A stretch of DNA of 64,000 nucleotides from Chrysomallon squamiferum. Its lineage: Eukaryota; Animalia; Mollusca. Position 1 is the stretch's first letter. Each line of letters opens with the position of its first letter. The stretch covers positions 10,478,001 through 10,542,000 of the forward strand of contig CM022666.1 of assembly GCA_012295275.1 (NCBI GenBank). Direction: 5' to 3'. This document shows positions 13,566 to 26,410 of this stretch, in pieces. The notes below the pieces were generated by a model. The model did no database searches. It had not been told where the DNA came from and saw nothing but the letters and a program-made list of their open reading frames with translations. Both the position numbers and the translations under genes were made by a program.

Positions 13566-15200
13566 CAATATAAATAAACAGTGCAAAATAAGGACATAAA
13601 CATTTTGAAAATTTTAAATAATGATTTCAAAAATGTAAATAATCTGGATTTTAATGATTTCCTATTTATTTTCAGGGGTTGGCATAATCATATAGATTAA
13701 TAAGAACAAAACATTGCCTTACTGAATTAAAAAACAACACATTTAACATATTATCTTGAATAAATGTTGAAACATTTTTTTGTCATTAAACTTGTATTCA
13801 TTCTGCTGTGTAATTATAAAAAGATAAAAAGAAAAAAGAATACAGAAACAATACTAGTAACAAAATTAAACACATTTATGCGCCTTTATTTCGTTTTCAC
13901 TGCAAATATGGCTCACCTGCAAAAAGTCTATTTTATTTACATGCAATATATTACAAAAGTATCACAAAAGTTTAAAAAATCATTGACATCCTAGATTTGG
14001 TGACAACATCACATGTAACTTACTCTATTATTTTAATCTCTTTAAATAATATTAACAAAACAATAACAATTTTCTTATAATCAAAAAAAAAAAGGAAAAA
14101 GAGATGTGACCAAGAGGCAGATACTTCAATGATTTTTAGGCACTTTTATCATAAACTGTCAAGATTCAGTCTTGTGTGAAGAGACAGTAAAAAAAAAATC
14201 TACAGAATTTATGTTGTAAAGTGCTCAAAGTGTTATATATTAAATAATTAATCTTTTTCTAACAGCTGTTTATAGTTACTAACTGCAAATTCCAAGTGTA
14301 TGCATGATCAGTTGTTACAGATACAATATAGTTTTATATGAGACTGAGATTAAGATAGCCAGGCACAGAGGTGCAGTGACAAAGGGTAGGGATACTAAAA
14401 TTAAAAAATCTACTTGAATTTCAAAATTTGCTGGCAATGGAGAAAACTTTTACTTAAATTGTAAATACAAATGAAATAATGATTTTAAATACGCAGTTAA
14501 ATTCATGATAATTATAGTTTCAGTGATTTGATGTTTATTTGCCTTCAGGGGAAACATTGATTTTTCTTTATACATGTTAAATTAACAACAATATTAACAT
14601 TATATAATTATGGGCAGAACAGAAACCAAGCACAGTATAACAAAATTTCAATAAAATATTAAACAAATAAATAAATCCAAAAATTTTTTTTAGTAGAAGT
14701 ATGAAGTATTATTTTGTTATTCAGTGACATGCAAATCCTAACATTTTTCATCAGAAAATATAACATAAAAATGATGAAATTAACAGATGTGTTAAACTGA
14801 AATGGATCATATGCAACACCTTTGATAATAAAAGGTTATTGATTACAAATCTCTCTTGTTTATTATGTTTACCAAGTCTAAGAGTAAATTACTTTTATTT
14901 TGTGATATACTAAACAAAAAATTAATAATTCATATGAGTTGTATTAAATGACTCAAGTTTTTTAAATAATAATATAGATCTTTTTTCAATTTTTTTAATT
15001 TTAAATTCTTGCAACTGCATGTAGCAGAAGTAAATATTTGGTAACCTGGACGTAAATATCAGGAACCTCTTCAGGATAAGGAGAAAATACAATACATAAA
15101 TATATTTATTTTAAAGTGTTTGTGTTGAATTATCGTGTATTTGAATTAATGTTAATCTCACATCATCAGGTGTGTAAATAAAATAAATGTATGTTACTAA

Positions 15201-18200
15201 TTATTTGTACATTTCCAAACAAATAAATTCAAAAAATGTTATTGATGGACAGTCAGAGAAATTATCCACTTCTTGGCTACAGTATTTATTTACTGCTTTC
15301 ATAAGATCACCAACAGACCACTTCATTGATTCTATTGTACTTATCACAACTTCAATCTGAAAATTGGAAATTTTAAATATAAAATACCTATAACAAAATG
15401 AGAAAAATGAATAAATCACAAATTATATTAATAAATAATTAAAATATTAATTATTATCCATAATATGATCTGGACTTGAAATAACATGAATAAATAATTT
15501 TAAAAAATGAACACATAATTATCTGTGAATATGATTTGGATTGAATAAATTAATATATCACTAATTATCTGTATTTACTAGAGTGAAAACACACCACTTG
15601 TAAAGCAGTAGAATGAGAACTACCTGTGTGAGCCTGTCATCACTAAAAGTGTAGTAGTGCATGCTGGGAATGTGGGCCTCACTGGCAGCTATCCACTGCA
15701 ACACACACTTGAGCTGAGGGTCGCCACGAAATGCACCACAGCCCCAGTTACCAGTAGCAATAGCAAGTCCACGACTCTGGAAATGCTTCTGCAAGTAATT
15801 TTAAAATAAATAAATAAATAAATAAAAACTATTTATTGCTTATCTAGGTTAAAAACAAACAAGTCTAAATATATCTGCATACTTGACTGGTTTATTTTAT
15901 TTACCTCTAATGTAAGTAATAATAATGTATGATAATATACATATAAAAGCAAATCCAGAGTAGGTTTGCTGTGCAATCTTTTACCTGCCTCATTGCTTAT
16001 ACCAGAAACATATCATAGTTAAAACCAACAACTAAAAAAAAAAGAATGATAATAAAAAAAAAAAAAAAAAAAAAAATAAAATAAAATAAAAATACAAAAA
16101 AATATATATATAATAAAAGTAAAAAAAACAAAAAAAAACATTAAAAAAAAAATAATAATATAAAAAGATTGTATATGTTTTTGTTTTTGTTTTTAAATAT
16201 TTGGAAAAAGAAACAATATCTAAACTTTATACATTTCAAGTAACTTTTTTGAGTATTAAAGTATAACAATAAAATAATTTTGAAAAAAGGATGACATTCA
16301 CTGATAAACAATTGTTTTTAAAAAGACATTATCAGTGTTAGATGGACTTTTTAAACATTTCTATTTACTGTAAACATATATTATTTCATTTTTACTTTGC
16401 TATTATCAAACAATACTTGACATAATTAAATACATACATATATATATATGTATGCTATATATATATACAGAGACACACATACACACACACACACACACAC
16501 ATATATTGTAATATTGTAATAATCATTGTTAGAATATTATCAAGTAAACAGATTATAACACTGACTGGAAAATAATTATTGGTTACCTTGGTGTAAACTG
16601 ATTTGTCAAAATGACTGAAGGCACTTTTTAAAATCTCATCTGCCATTCCACTTGCCAGCAACTGAACCTTAGGAAAAGGAACATCAAGACTATCAACAAA
16701 CTCTGAATCTGAGTGAGATCTGAACATCCAGGACATCTTTATTTTCTCTACATCTTTGTCAGTTAAATTCTGCACTGTGAGGAGAGCAGAGTGTATGATG
16801 TCCTGAGCAAGGGCAGCAGCATATGACATAAGATTGGGATGATACAGACAGCAAGCACTAACATTCAAACCTGCTTCATAATAAATAATTCCAACAGCTT
16901 GTTGAATAATGTTGTTAGCAAAACTATCAGCAAAGTCCTCAATCTCATCTACACTGTGATAGTGGGCAAGTCTGTCAAACTCCTCTTGAAATTCGTGACC
17001 AACCTTTTTGGGCAGAGGAAACCAGTGTTCAGTTTCTGAACAGGTACTGTCAGACCAAACATATCTGTCTGGGTGGTAACGATTTTTGGAGTAAATACTC
17101 TGTTGAGGACTGGAGGTCATGCAGAAACTACTATTCAACAACTCACCCTCCAGTGTGGCCAGTGTTAGGTCACGGAAACCACTGCTTCTGTGAGAGCCAG
17201 ATGTACTTGTTCCTGTTTGTGCAGGCATTATTAGCAACGGCGGGACTGATGTGTCAGCTTTCATTAATTCTTCTGCAAATTTAGACAAAACAGGATCCTT
17301 AAACCCAGAGGAATTTCTCCTGTTTGTTGGAAAACTACTCCACGAGCCACGACGCATCCATTCTTTGTCATGGACTTGAGGAAAATCATCATTGGTTCTG
17401 AGAAATTTGATTTTTTTCTCGTCTTTAGAAGATGGTTTAGTAAGAGTATATGTCTTCAGAGATAAACCAACACTAATCCTGCAAGGTTCACTACTTCGTC
17501 TCTCATAACTCTTTATCTGACGACAAACTTCAACATTTAGGAATGCATTTGTTAGCATCTCTCTAGATAAATGTTTTGTAGGTATTCCAAAATTTGGTAA
17601 ACAGACTGCAGAAGTAGGTTCTGATAATTCTTCACTAAATTCCTTTGTGAGCCGTTGAGTGTTAGAGATGTCTGTGACAAGGGAAACCTTGTCATCTTTA
17701 GCTGATCTCTTGGCACACACTTTATTCCCATCATCTATATGATTAGGAAGAGACTGGAACACTTGGTCAACAATGATAGCTGCTGCTTCCTGGTAACTCA
17801 CCGGAATTCCTGCATTCTGAGTCCTGTCCATAATTAACTCATCACTTATCTTTGGAATGACAGAGTTTTCATTTTCACAAAGTGAAGAGTTATCTACATC
17901 ACAGCCCCGAGAGGGTGTGGAAATGGGTACATATCCTGAGGACTCAGCAGCTGCAATGCTGTGACAATCTTTGATTTGAGAGTTTGGCAACTGTGTCTTA
18001 TTAGCTGAATGAATGATGATGCTATTGCTCAGAGAACTACATGCTGAACTAGCAGAGGCTGTAGAATTTGCGGACAATTCCTTTAAATTGTGGCTTGCTC
18101 CGAAATCATAAATGAGACTATCTGCAGAAAGATTACCTAACAGTCCAGATGCATAGTCATTAGACACCACTTGAAACACATCCTGTACAATTTGATCAGC

Positions 18201-21200
18201 AAACATATGATAACATTCATCTTCTGGAAGACTTGATTGAGAAGCAGAAATGGCACTATCAAAAGATACTGACAAGTATTTTATTATCACTGCTGCTTCA
18301 GGCAAAGCAGAATTCATCACAGACTTGCTCACATTATTGGCATAGTTTTCAATAGCACTGAATCTTTGAGAAAGATGCTGTTTTGGTCTATACACATATG
18401 GCTTGAGGACAGCATCAGGAGGAACGGAATCAAAGAGAAGTACTTCTGGATCTGTCTGAGCTGCAACAGTGATTCCTTCCTCCATCAGATGTGACACCAA
18501 GTTAGCAGCAAAGTCACATATAACTGTCTGCAATCCATTCTCAGGAATTGTTTCATGTTTCTTCTTTTCATTTTTCAAATACAGTTCATAGATCTCCTCA
18601 AGATCAGAGCTCAAATCAGAACTATGTTTTGTACTTGAACTGCTCCTACGTGATACATCACTCAAATTTGAACTCCTACGTCGGATAAAGGCCATTTTAT
18701 GACCGTAGTTGACATCCAGTAAGTCTGAGCTGCTATTCTGGGGATGCATTACAACAGGGGATATTTGCTGTATTCTGTCATCAATTCTGCTGCAATCCAG
18801 ATTACTATAGACAGGAAAATTGTGAATCCTTTCTCTAAAGTGTTGAGAGCTAGTTTGCTGAAAACCTGCAGTTCCTTCAAACTCTGGGTCAGGGTACAGA
18901 GAAATAGCAATATCACTTTTTGGTGTCTGTTCCTTCTCTATAAAAAAAATGTAGAACAAATAAATATTTAAGATATAAAGATTTGAATAAAAGTTCACAT
19001 TAAAATTATAACAAATCTGTGATATTCAGACAAACCAGTAATCAAGAAATCATTTAATAACAAATACATAATGAGATCTCAACACATTTTATTTTTAATG
19101 ATTTTTATTAATTATGGTCTACTGATAAAATGAAAGATAAGATTTGCTACAACCAAAAACTATTATTGATGAGCAACAAAATAGTTTGTTATAAGCATGA
19201 AACATATACCATGCATTTCAGTAAACCAGAGACAACATAGAGGATTCAGCTGTAAATATAGGCACTAAAGACTGGTCATTCACATGTCTTTGTATGTGTT
19301 TACCAATGAACTAGGGTAGTATGTTAAACAACTTTGTTACAGACTGACATGTTATTGTTACACAAATATCTGTTTGCACCATTTGTTTAAAAAGGCATTT
19401 TCATTAAATGCAGTAAGCCATTTGGACATATATTATACTACTACACGATATAGATATTCTCATGTAAAATGTATAACAGTGACGAAACTGTTATGACTGA
19501 ACTAATTAGTAAGAAAAACACTTAAATTACCTAAACTTTCTTCATGATCAAAACTACCAACTGCTGACTGGAATTCTTCATCAGCTGACATATTTTCCAA
19601 CTCTGACTCCTCAGCAGGAAGACAAAAACCAACAAGGGCTTTGTTAACTTCACGTAACACACTGGTTAACTCGTACTGGACAGTAGACATTTTCTGGTAT
19701 TTGGTGGCATCAATTGCACACAGCATAGTTTTCAAATTACCATCTTCATCTCTCTATTGATTAAATAAAATAGTTAGTCTTATTAAAAAACAAATTAAAA
19801 TTGGTATGTAATATATGACAAACAAACCTGTATTTAAAAATGCTATAAATAATGAAAGTTTTCATTATAGGCAATATTAAAAATAAAACATTTTATCTAA
19901 ATTAAAAATTATCTAATACCTCTGTTAATTATTATTTGATATAAAAAAATAGAAATATGTATTTTATTTTAGCTAAGGTATATTTTAATGTGAATTAAAC
20001 CCTACATTTTATTAACATCAACACATTCTCTTCATAATAAATGCTAAGATAATTTCTTTTAATTATAGTTTTTATTAACATAAATTTATTATAAAATAAG
20101 GTGTTTTAATTCCTAACATTTTAGCTCTTGTAAGTTAAAAATGAAAAAAAACCAATTAAAACAAAACCAAAAAAAAACATTTCTATAAAATGTACTTCTT
20201 TTAAATATATTATTTTTACAGTTATGTTACCTCAGTAGTATCATGATAATCTCCTCCATACTCAAGACTGTCAGCATAGCCAACATGAAATGAAAACTGT
20301 TCAAAACCAGAGATCACTATAGCCTCATTATCCTCCATACTCTCCATAAACAACAATGCTGCAATCAGTTCTGGACATTCACAGAATCGTATTTCCTCCT
20401 GAAACAAAACAAACTATTAGTATACATAATACTATAATAAACTGACAGTGTAATATCCAAAACATACTCAATTTGAAATTTATAGTTAACATAGTTTGAC
20501 ATTTTCATATATTCATATTTGATATATTTAATATGATAATATATCTCAGTTTCATTTTCAAACATAACTTTGTTATATCCTCATGTTTAACATTATCAAT
20601 TTATCATATGCTAATATTTCACTTTATCATATACCATTTTTTAATTCTTCCAATAAATAAAAGTAGCAGTTATACCTGAACTGAACCATAACCCAAAACA
20701 CCACCTCCAATGAAGCGATTTGCAAAATCAACCTGAAAATATATATATGTATGTAAAACAAAATAAATAAATAATAAAATAGTAAATGTTTGCTTATAAC
20801 AATTATGATCTCACAATAGTGAGACAGGAATAGTTTTCAGTATGATTTCCATTAATATAATTATTATTATAATGTTGCTTGAAAATGGGTCTTGTGGACT
20901 TTGTTACACTGATGAAAACACTCAATATTCACACGTTTTTTTTTTAACTATTAAATCTGGTTTCTACATATTGAATTAAGAAATGAAATAATAAATATTA
21001 TTCATGTTTTTACATCCAAATGTATTGATAATGTAGAAATGTACTGGTCATTCCTTATATTTAAGGTAACAGAAAATAAGTAATTTTGAATTAGAAGGCT
21101 TGTTATACAACTTACAAAATCTTCAATTCTCTTTACTATATTTCCAATGATCTACAAAGAATACAGATTTTTTGCTGGCTCTCCAAATGATAATTATCAA

Positions 21201-23559
21201 TATTTATTAAAATACAGAATACATGGTAATTAGAGACCTGAAATATTAAAATTATAACAAATCTGTGACTGCTGTATGATGGTTTTAATAAATTACCTGA
21301 ATACCATCAGAGCCAATATCCTCAATGTTGCCTTCATAATGTATATGTACAGAACACAGACTCTCTGTCGAGGTCAGATAGTCATATAGTGTGGGCAAAC
21401 TGCTTTCACCAATTACCTAATTAATACAAAATGTTATGAAAGTAGAGATGTTTTAATGAACTGCTAATCAACAATACATTTTAAACAGTTTTCATTAGTA
21501 AGTTAAATGGTACATTTTAACATTTGGGGTTATATCCTTGAGCAACAGAACTGTTTTATAAATACCTTTCTATAATCAGTCTAAGTGCTGTATAATCCAG
21601 CATAAATGGAATATATGGAGAGAGCACTGGTAAATTAATCTTGAAGTAGGTCATATCTCAGTCAATCCTTTTATAAATTTACATTTAAATTAGCATTTCA
21701 ATACACTGGCAATATTATCATTATCTATGATTTTTATTTTTATTTATTTACATTAACACAACATATATATATTTTAATGAACCTTTATGATGTATTCTGT
21801 ATCATCTCAAAATTAAAGATGTATTTTTTATATTTTCAACTGTGTATGGATAATAAGCTGTATGTAGTATGATGTACCTGTCGACAGTAAACAATATGAC
21901 CTGACAAATCAACATCTGGTTGAATAATTCTCTCAAAATAATTGATGATCATTTTGAACTTGGCAACTTGAGCAGGCCTGAAAGTATATGAAGAAAACTG
22001 AAAACCCCAGACCAGCTGTTCTTTTTGATTTGACAGAAATCATTTTGTTTTTTTATTAATGTTTGTGCACACTTCATCAAGTACATACTGACACAACCAC
22101 GTATAAAAGTGTCTATGTATAAATGAGAGAGATTCAGTAAGTTACATGAATATTTAATTTTACTTTTGGGTGTGTATGTCTGTCTTTATACATATTTATA
22201 TATGTATGTGTGAGGGTGGAGAGAGAGAGACAGAGAGAGAGAGATTCTTACATATGCATGTATCTGAAGAAATTTGTGAAGTTGATGATACACAAACTGT
22301 TTAAGTTGTCTCTTGGTCGTTCAGGAAACAAGCAGAAGAAAGAACATGCTAATATTCTAGCCACTAACGCCTTAGACAAAACAGTGCTGCCACCTAGCAA
22401 AAAAAGAGAAATTATGTATAAAAATAGACATGCTTATACTAATATTTATGAATAATTAAACTGTTTGACTGTGAATGCTGGCTATCACAAAAAATTATGG
22501 ATGTGAAGTGTTTTGCATGATAAATGTTTGTGTAAATATTCCATATATTAATGTGGCTTATCCACATATTTGTGAATATATGTGTGTGTGTATTTGTGTG
22601 TGTTTATATGTGTATAATTGCATTTAGCTTTATATGCATAATCCAGCATCAGTAGATTATAATAAATAAAGGTGGGCTGTTACATTAAACATTTATCTGT
22701 TAGTTTATCAGCACCTTTCTGCTGTCTGCTGTAGGAAAAATGTTCTGGGATGAAGTGTTCGACCGAGAGTACAAGGTTAATGATGGCTGGTAACAGTGAA
22801 TACTGGAAGTGAAGACGTTCCTGCTGCACGCAGTTACACATCAGAAACTCAAACAGTCCATACCAACAAAAACTGTAGTCAATGTCTGAATATATGTCTT
22901 TAGTTTTCACCTTTGGTTTACCTTCTAAAATATCAAAAAAAAAGAAAAAAGATAAAAAAAGAGTAATGTTATAATTTATAATTCTGATTAATGTAATAAA
23001 TTAATTATGGTAAATAAGAACATACTTTTTAAATTTAAATTAATTTTGTGTGTCCTATGTATGACAGCTAACAATTATTCTGTTATGAAATAGAATAATT
23101 ATATCTGAAAAATTTATGAAGTCCATAGTATTACAGAAAACTGCAATTTACTAGTAAACTACACATATCAAACTCAAACCTTCATCTTAGAATATTAAAC
23201 TGAGTTGTAAGTAATTAGTTTTATTGAACATCATGTAGCTTTGTTTAAATGGGAAAAAAACAAAAAAACATTACTTAAAATTCACGGATTCATTACTATT
23301 AACACTAACATTATTTAGTTATATTAAATTCAGTTATAACTACATCATTATATCATATATTATACAAACCTTTATCTGCAGTGACCACATCAAAGTCATT
23401 AGTATGGTATCCAGCCTGAACTGCAGTGTAGAGATCCTGAACTGTGAAAACAATGTCTTCCAAACTGCAGCTTTCTCTGACACATCTATTTTTCAAATCT
23501 TCTAGGATACACCTGATGTCTGGCCATGCCTGAAGATCACTTGGGAAAGGAGGTCGCAT
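15201..23559 (-). CDS. PARG: Poly(ADP-ribose) glycohydrolase-like protein with a large insertion in the catalytic domain; about 1293 aa; coding exons 23559-23370, 22924-22715, 22393-22252, 21977-21878, 21416-21297, 20732-20676, 20398-20231, 19753-19531, 18937-16587, 15788-15624, 15356-15201
   Basis: All junctions are GT-AG and frame-consistent (3882 nt in total). Motifs: ILACSFFCLFP, INFTNFF, KFKMIINYFER, VDFANRFIGGGVLGYGSVQ|EEIRF (GGG-X6-8-QEE signature), VGYA (Tyr clasp), AIDA, REVNKALVGF, ATGNWGCGAFRGDPQLK, YYTF. It may be a paralogue rather than the canonical orthologue. An acceptor at 23574, 15 nt before the ATG, implies an upstream non-coding exon. Confidence 0.88.
16587..18937 (-). CDS. 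Giant 2351-bp internal exon of the PARG-like gene: Ser-rich region with repeated AKAP-like amphipathic helices
   Basis: Open for 783 codons (ORF 16455-18998). The acceptor tttttttatag|AG matches phase 1 of the preceding exon, and the donor AAG|gtaacc matches phase 0 of the next exon (KHFQSRGLAIATGNWG). Confidence 0.85.
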
Positions 23560-25542
23560 GGTCAGGCCTTATTACTGAAACATGTCAGAATATACATTTA
23601 CAGGTTTGTTTTTGTTCTATTTTACCATAAATATACTTTAATAAAATAATAATAATTACACCATCTTTTATGGAACATTGAATACAACTTACTCTTTTAG
23701 AAATGGCATTTCTATAATGATGATTATTTTTTGTAGACATATTTTCTCTTCATTGGTTTCAAATTAAAATTTACAATTTTATTCATGGTAAAATTAAACT
23801 AGTTTTTCTAGAAAAATATTTAGCTGACAATGAAACAGCATACAACTTATCTGAAAAAGCAGATATACTATTTTAAAAATGTATAACTCTTTAAAAAATA
23901 TAACCTTTACTAAACTTTTGATATCAATAACTTGTAATTTTTTATATTTGGAGTCGGTTAACAACAATACAGATAGATATATTTAAGGTGAGTTGGTATT
24001 CAACACCATAGAATAAAAAGCTTTGATTTAAAAAGGTAATAAAATATTTTTAAAATCCTAGCAAATACATGACTGTCACTGTTAGTCTTGAGGCTCATAA
24101 GATCAGTCTAATTTAATGCACCAAATGAACAATTTACCATTCCAACCTAGTGTCATGTAACTTGTTTATTGCTATCCTGATTACAGAAGACAAATATAAA
24201 AGGTCTTACTTCAAAAGCGTATTTTATCATTACAACACCCCCCAAAAACCCAGTAATAATATTAATATTAAAATGTGTTGTTAAACCAGTCATTCTAAAA
24301 ATATAAATATACCTTGTATAATGTTTTGAGAAATAAAAATATTAAATTGTAATGAAGATTAATGTAAATAATTGTTTATTAATTACCATCTTCATACATG
24401 ATAAAAGTATTAAATTAATTATTCTTTGTGTTAGCACATGCTTTCATCTTATGTTAACATATTAGACACTATTACAATTGCTTAGTTTAAATAAGAACTA
24501 ACCAAATGGGATTCTTTAACAGCCACTTTAAAAGGTTTCAAGAAGGTTTATATCTGGTTCAGCTCCAGCATTGTTTTACTTCATTCTTAACAACTGCTTT
24601 CAGTTTTATCATCCTGGTATCAAAATTATAATGATTTGTAAACTGATATTTCATAATATTTTAAGCTGTAATACAGTTTGTTAAGTTCGACATGCTATTT
24701 ACAAACGAGTAACAACTAACAATGAATTGATACAACAGCATCTGTTTTTAATACAAATTACTAAAGGACTATAATCACTATTGCATCAATTGTGTTACTA
24801 GCTAGTAGTTGGCTCAGTTTAGTAATTATAGTTTTTACAGTTTCGTTCTTGAATTTATTTTTATAATCTGTTAATCTTTTTTCTTTTTAAGAGGTGAAAA
24901 ACCAGTAATATATTTAGTACTTACACTTACAGTAATTTGAAAATTATTTAATGAGCCCTATTCAAAATACGATTAGTATCATGTCAGATATATCAAAGAC
25001 CTATAAAAAGAAAACCCTGCACATGTATGTGGTCATATCTATTTTTTTTTGCCTACGTGTTTCTCAATCGACTCCAGATTACTAATCATCGTTATCATGT
25101 TGTGGTAACGGGGTTTCCAGTTCTTCCTACTCGGAGTACTCCCAGCAGGAAGTGGAATTCTATCCGCTGATGTAATTGCATATATCATACTGAAAATCAC
25201 CTTTATCACATACTTAACTCTGACTGAGTACTAATTTAATAAACTAATAGCAACAAACCTAAGTCCTTTGTAAATCAGCATTTCAGTTTTCAGTCACATC
25301 AAGATACCAACCTGTATACGCAATAACACAAGGGAGATAATAATAGTACTAAATGAATTATTCTCTATACATTGTGGGGAAGAAGAAAAAAAAACCAATC
25401 TGAGGAAAAGAAATAAAATAACAAAACATACAAACATCAGCAGCAAAAAAAAAAAAAAAAAAAAAACCCAAATGAAAAACCCCAATAATAATTAAAAGAC
25501 AATGTATATAAAAAAATAAAATATAAAAAAATAAAATTAAAA

Positions 25543-26410
25543 TAGTGGTACCTTGATTTACGAGTTTAATTCGTTCTGTGACCGAGCTCGTAACTCAGTT
25601 TGCTCGTATATAAAATCAAATTTCCCAACTGAAATAACATTAATCCGTCCCAGTCCCCGCAAAAATCACCCCAGCTTTTTTGTAACGTGTTTTTAAATAA
25701 GAAAAATGTATTTATAAATGACAAATTTGTATAAAAACAAAATGAAAGTGAATATAAAGAAATAAATAGGTTTTGTAAAGTGTATTTATCTAGGAGATCA
25801 GACAGTTTGGCCTAACTGAAAATGCTGGTTGAGCTGGAGGAGATCGGAGGAGTTCGTTTTGTGCTTTTTCGGTCGCTTTCGTTCGTCATAAATTCTATGA
25901 CTTCTCGCAGATGATAGCCTCCATCACCGTATCCCTTGCGAGCTGCTTCTCTGTCACCGTATTCCTTTCATGGACAGAAGCCTGCATCTTTAGAAATTAT
26001 TTTAACGCCTTTGGCTGGAGTTATATGGCCTTTATCGACTCCTTCTGCTTCAGTATGATACATATCGTAAAAGTACTATGCTCGTATTGCCTAGCCAAGT
26101 CAACTATACGCACACCACGCTCATGTTTTTCTTTGATTTCATGCTTTAATTCAATGAACATCATCCGCTTCTTCTTCTCAGCACTGTCCGTGGCACTCAT
26201 TTTCTTAGGATCCATGGAAATTTAGCAAAATACTGCACAAAATGCGACCACAGAGATGCTTCCACGGCGAGGTAACCACACTGAGTAAACGAGCGTGACG
26301 CATGATGCTGGGCGGGTGTTGTGTTATTCGTTGCGTCAACTAGCGGCGGCGTAGCTGAAGCTCGCTCGTAATTCGGATTTTGGCTCGCAATCCAAAGCAA
26401 AAAACTCGAA
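25543..26410 (-). mobile_element. Non-autonomous Tigger/pogo transposon, copy 2
   Basis: TIR TAGTGGTACCTTGATTTACGAGTTTAATTCG at 25543. HTH ORF 26215-26021 (MDPKKMSATDSAEKKKRMMFIELKHEIKEKHERGVRIVDLARQY...). It has the same internal deletion junction and premature stop as copy 1. The far end is approximate because no second TIR was found. Confidence 0.88.

Noticed and set aside
16455-18998. 847-aa ORF as a stand-alone intronless gene
   Set aside because: Both ends are intronic low-complexity sequence, and its splice sites and phases fit exactly between two PARG exons.
5471-25542. Composite transposon carrying the GPCR and PARG-like genes
   Set aside because: The retained TIRs point the wrong way to mobilise the enclosed block, and the outer TIRs are missing.
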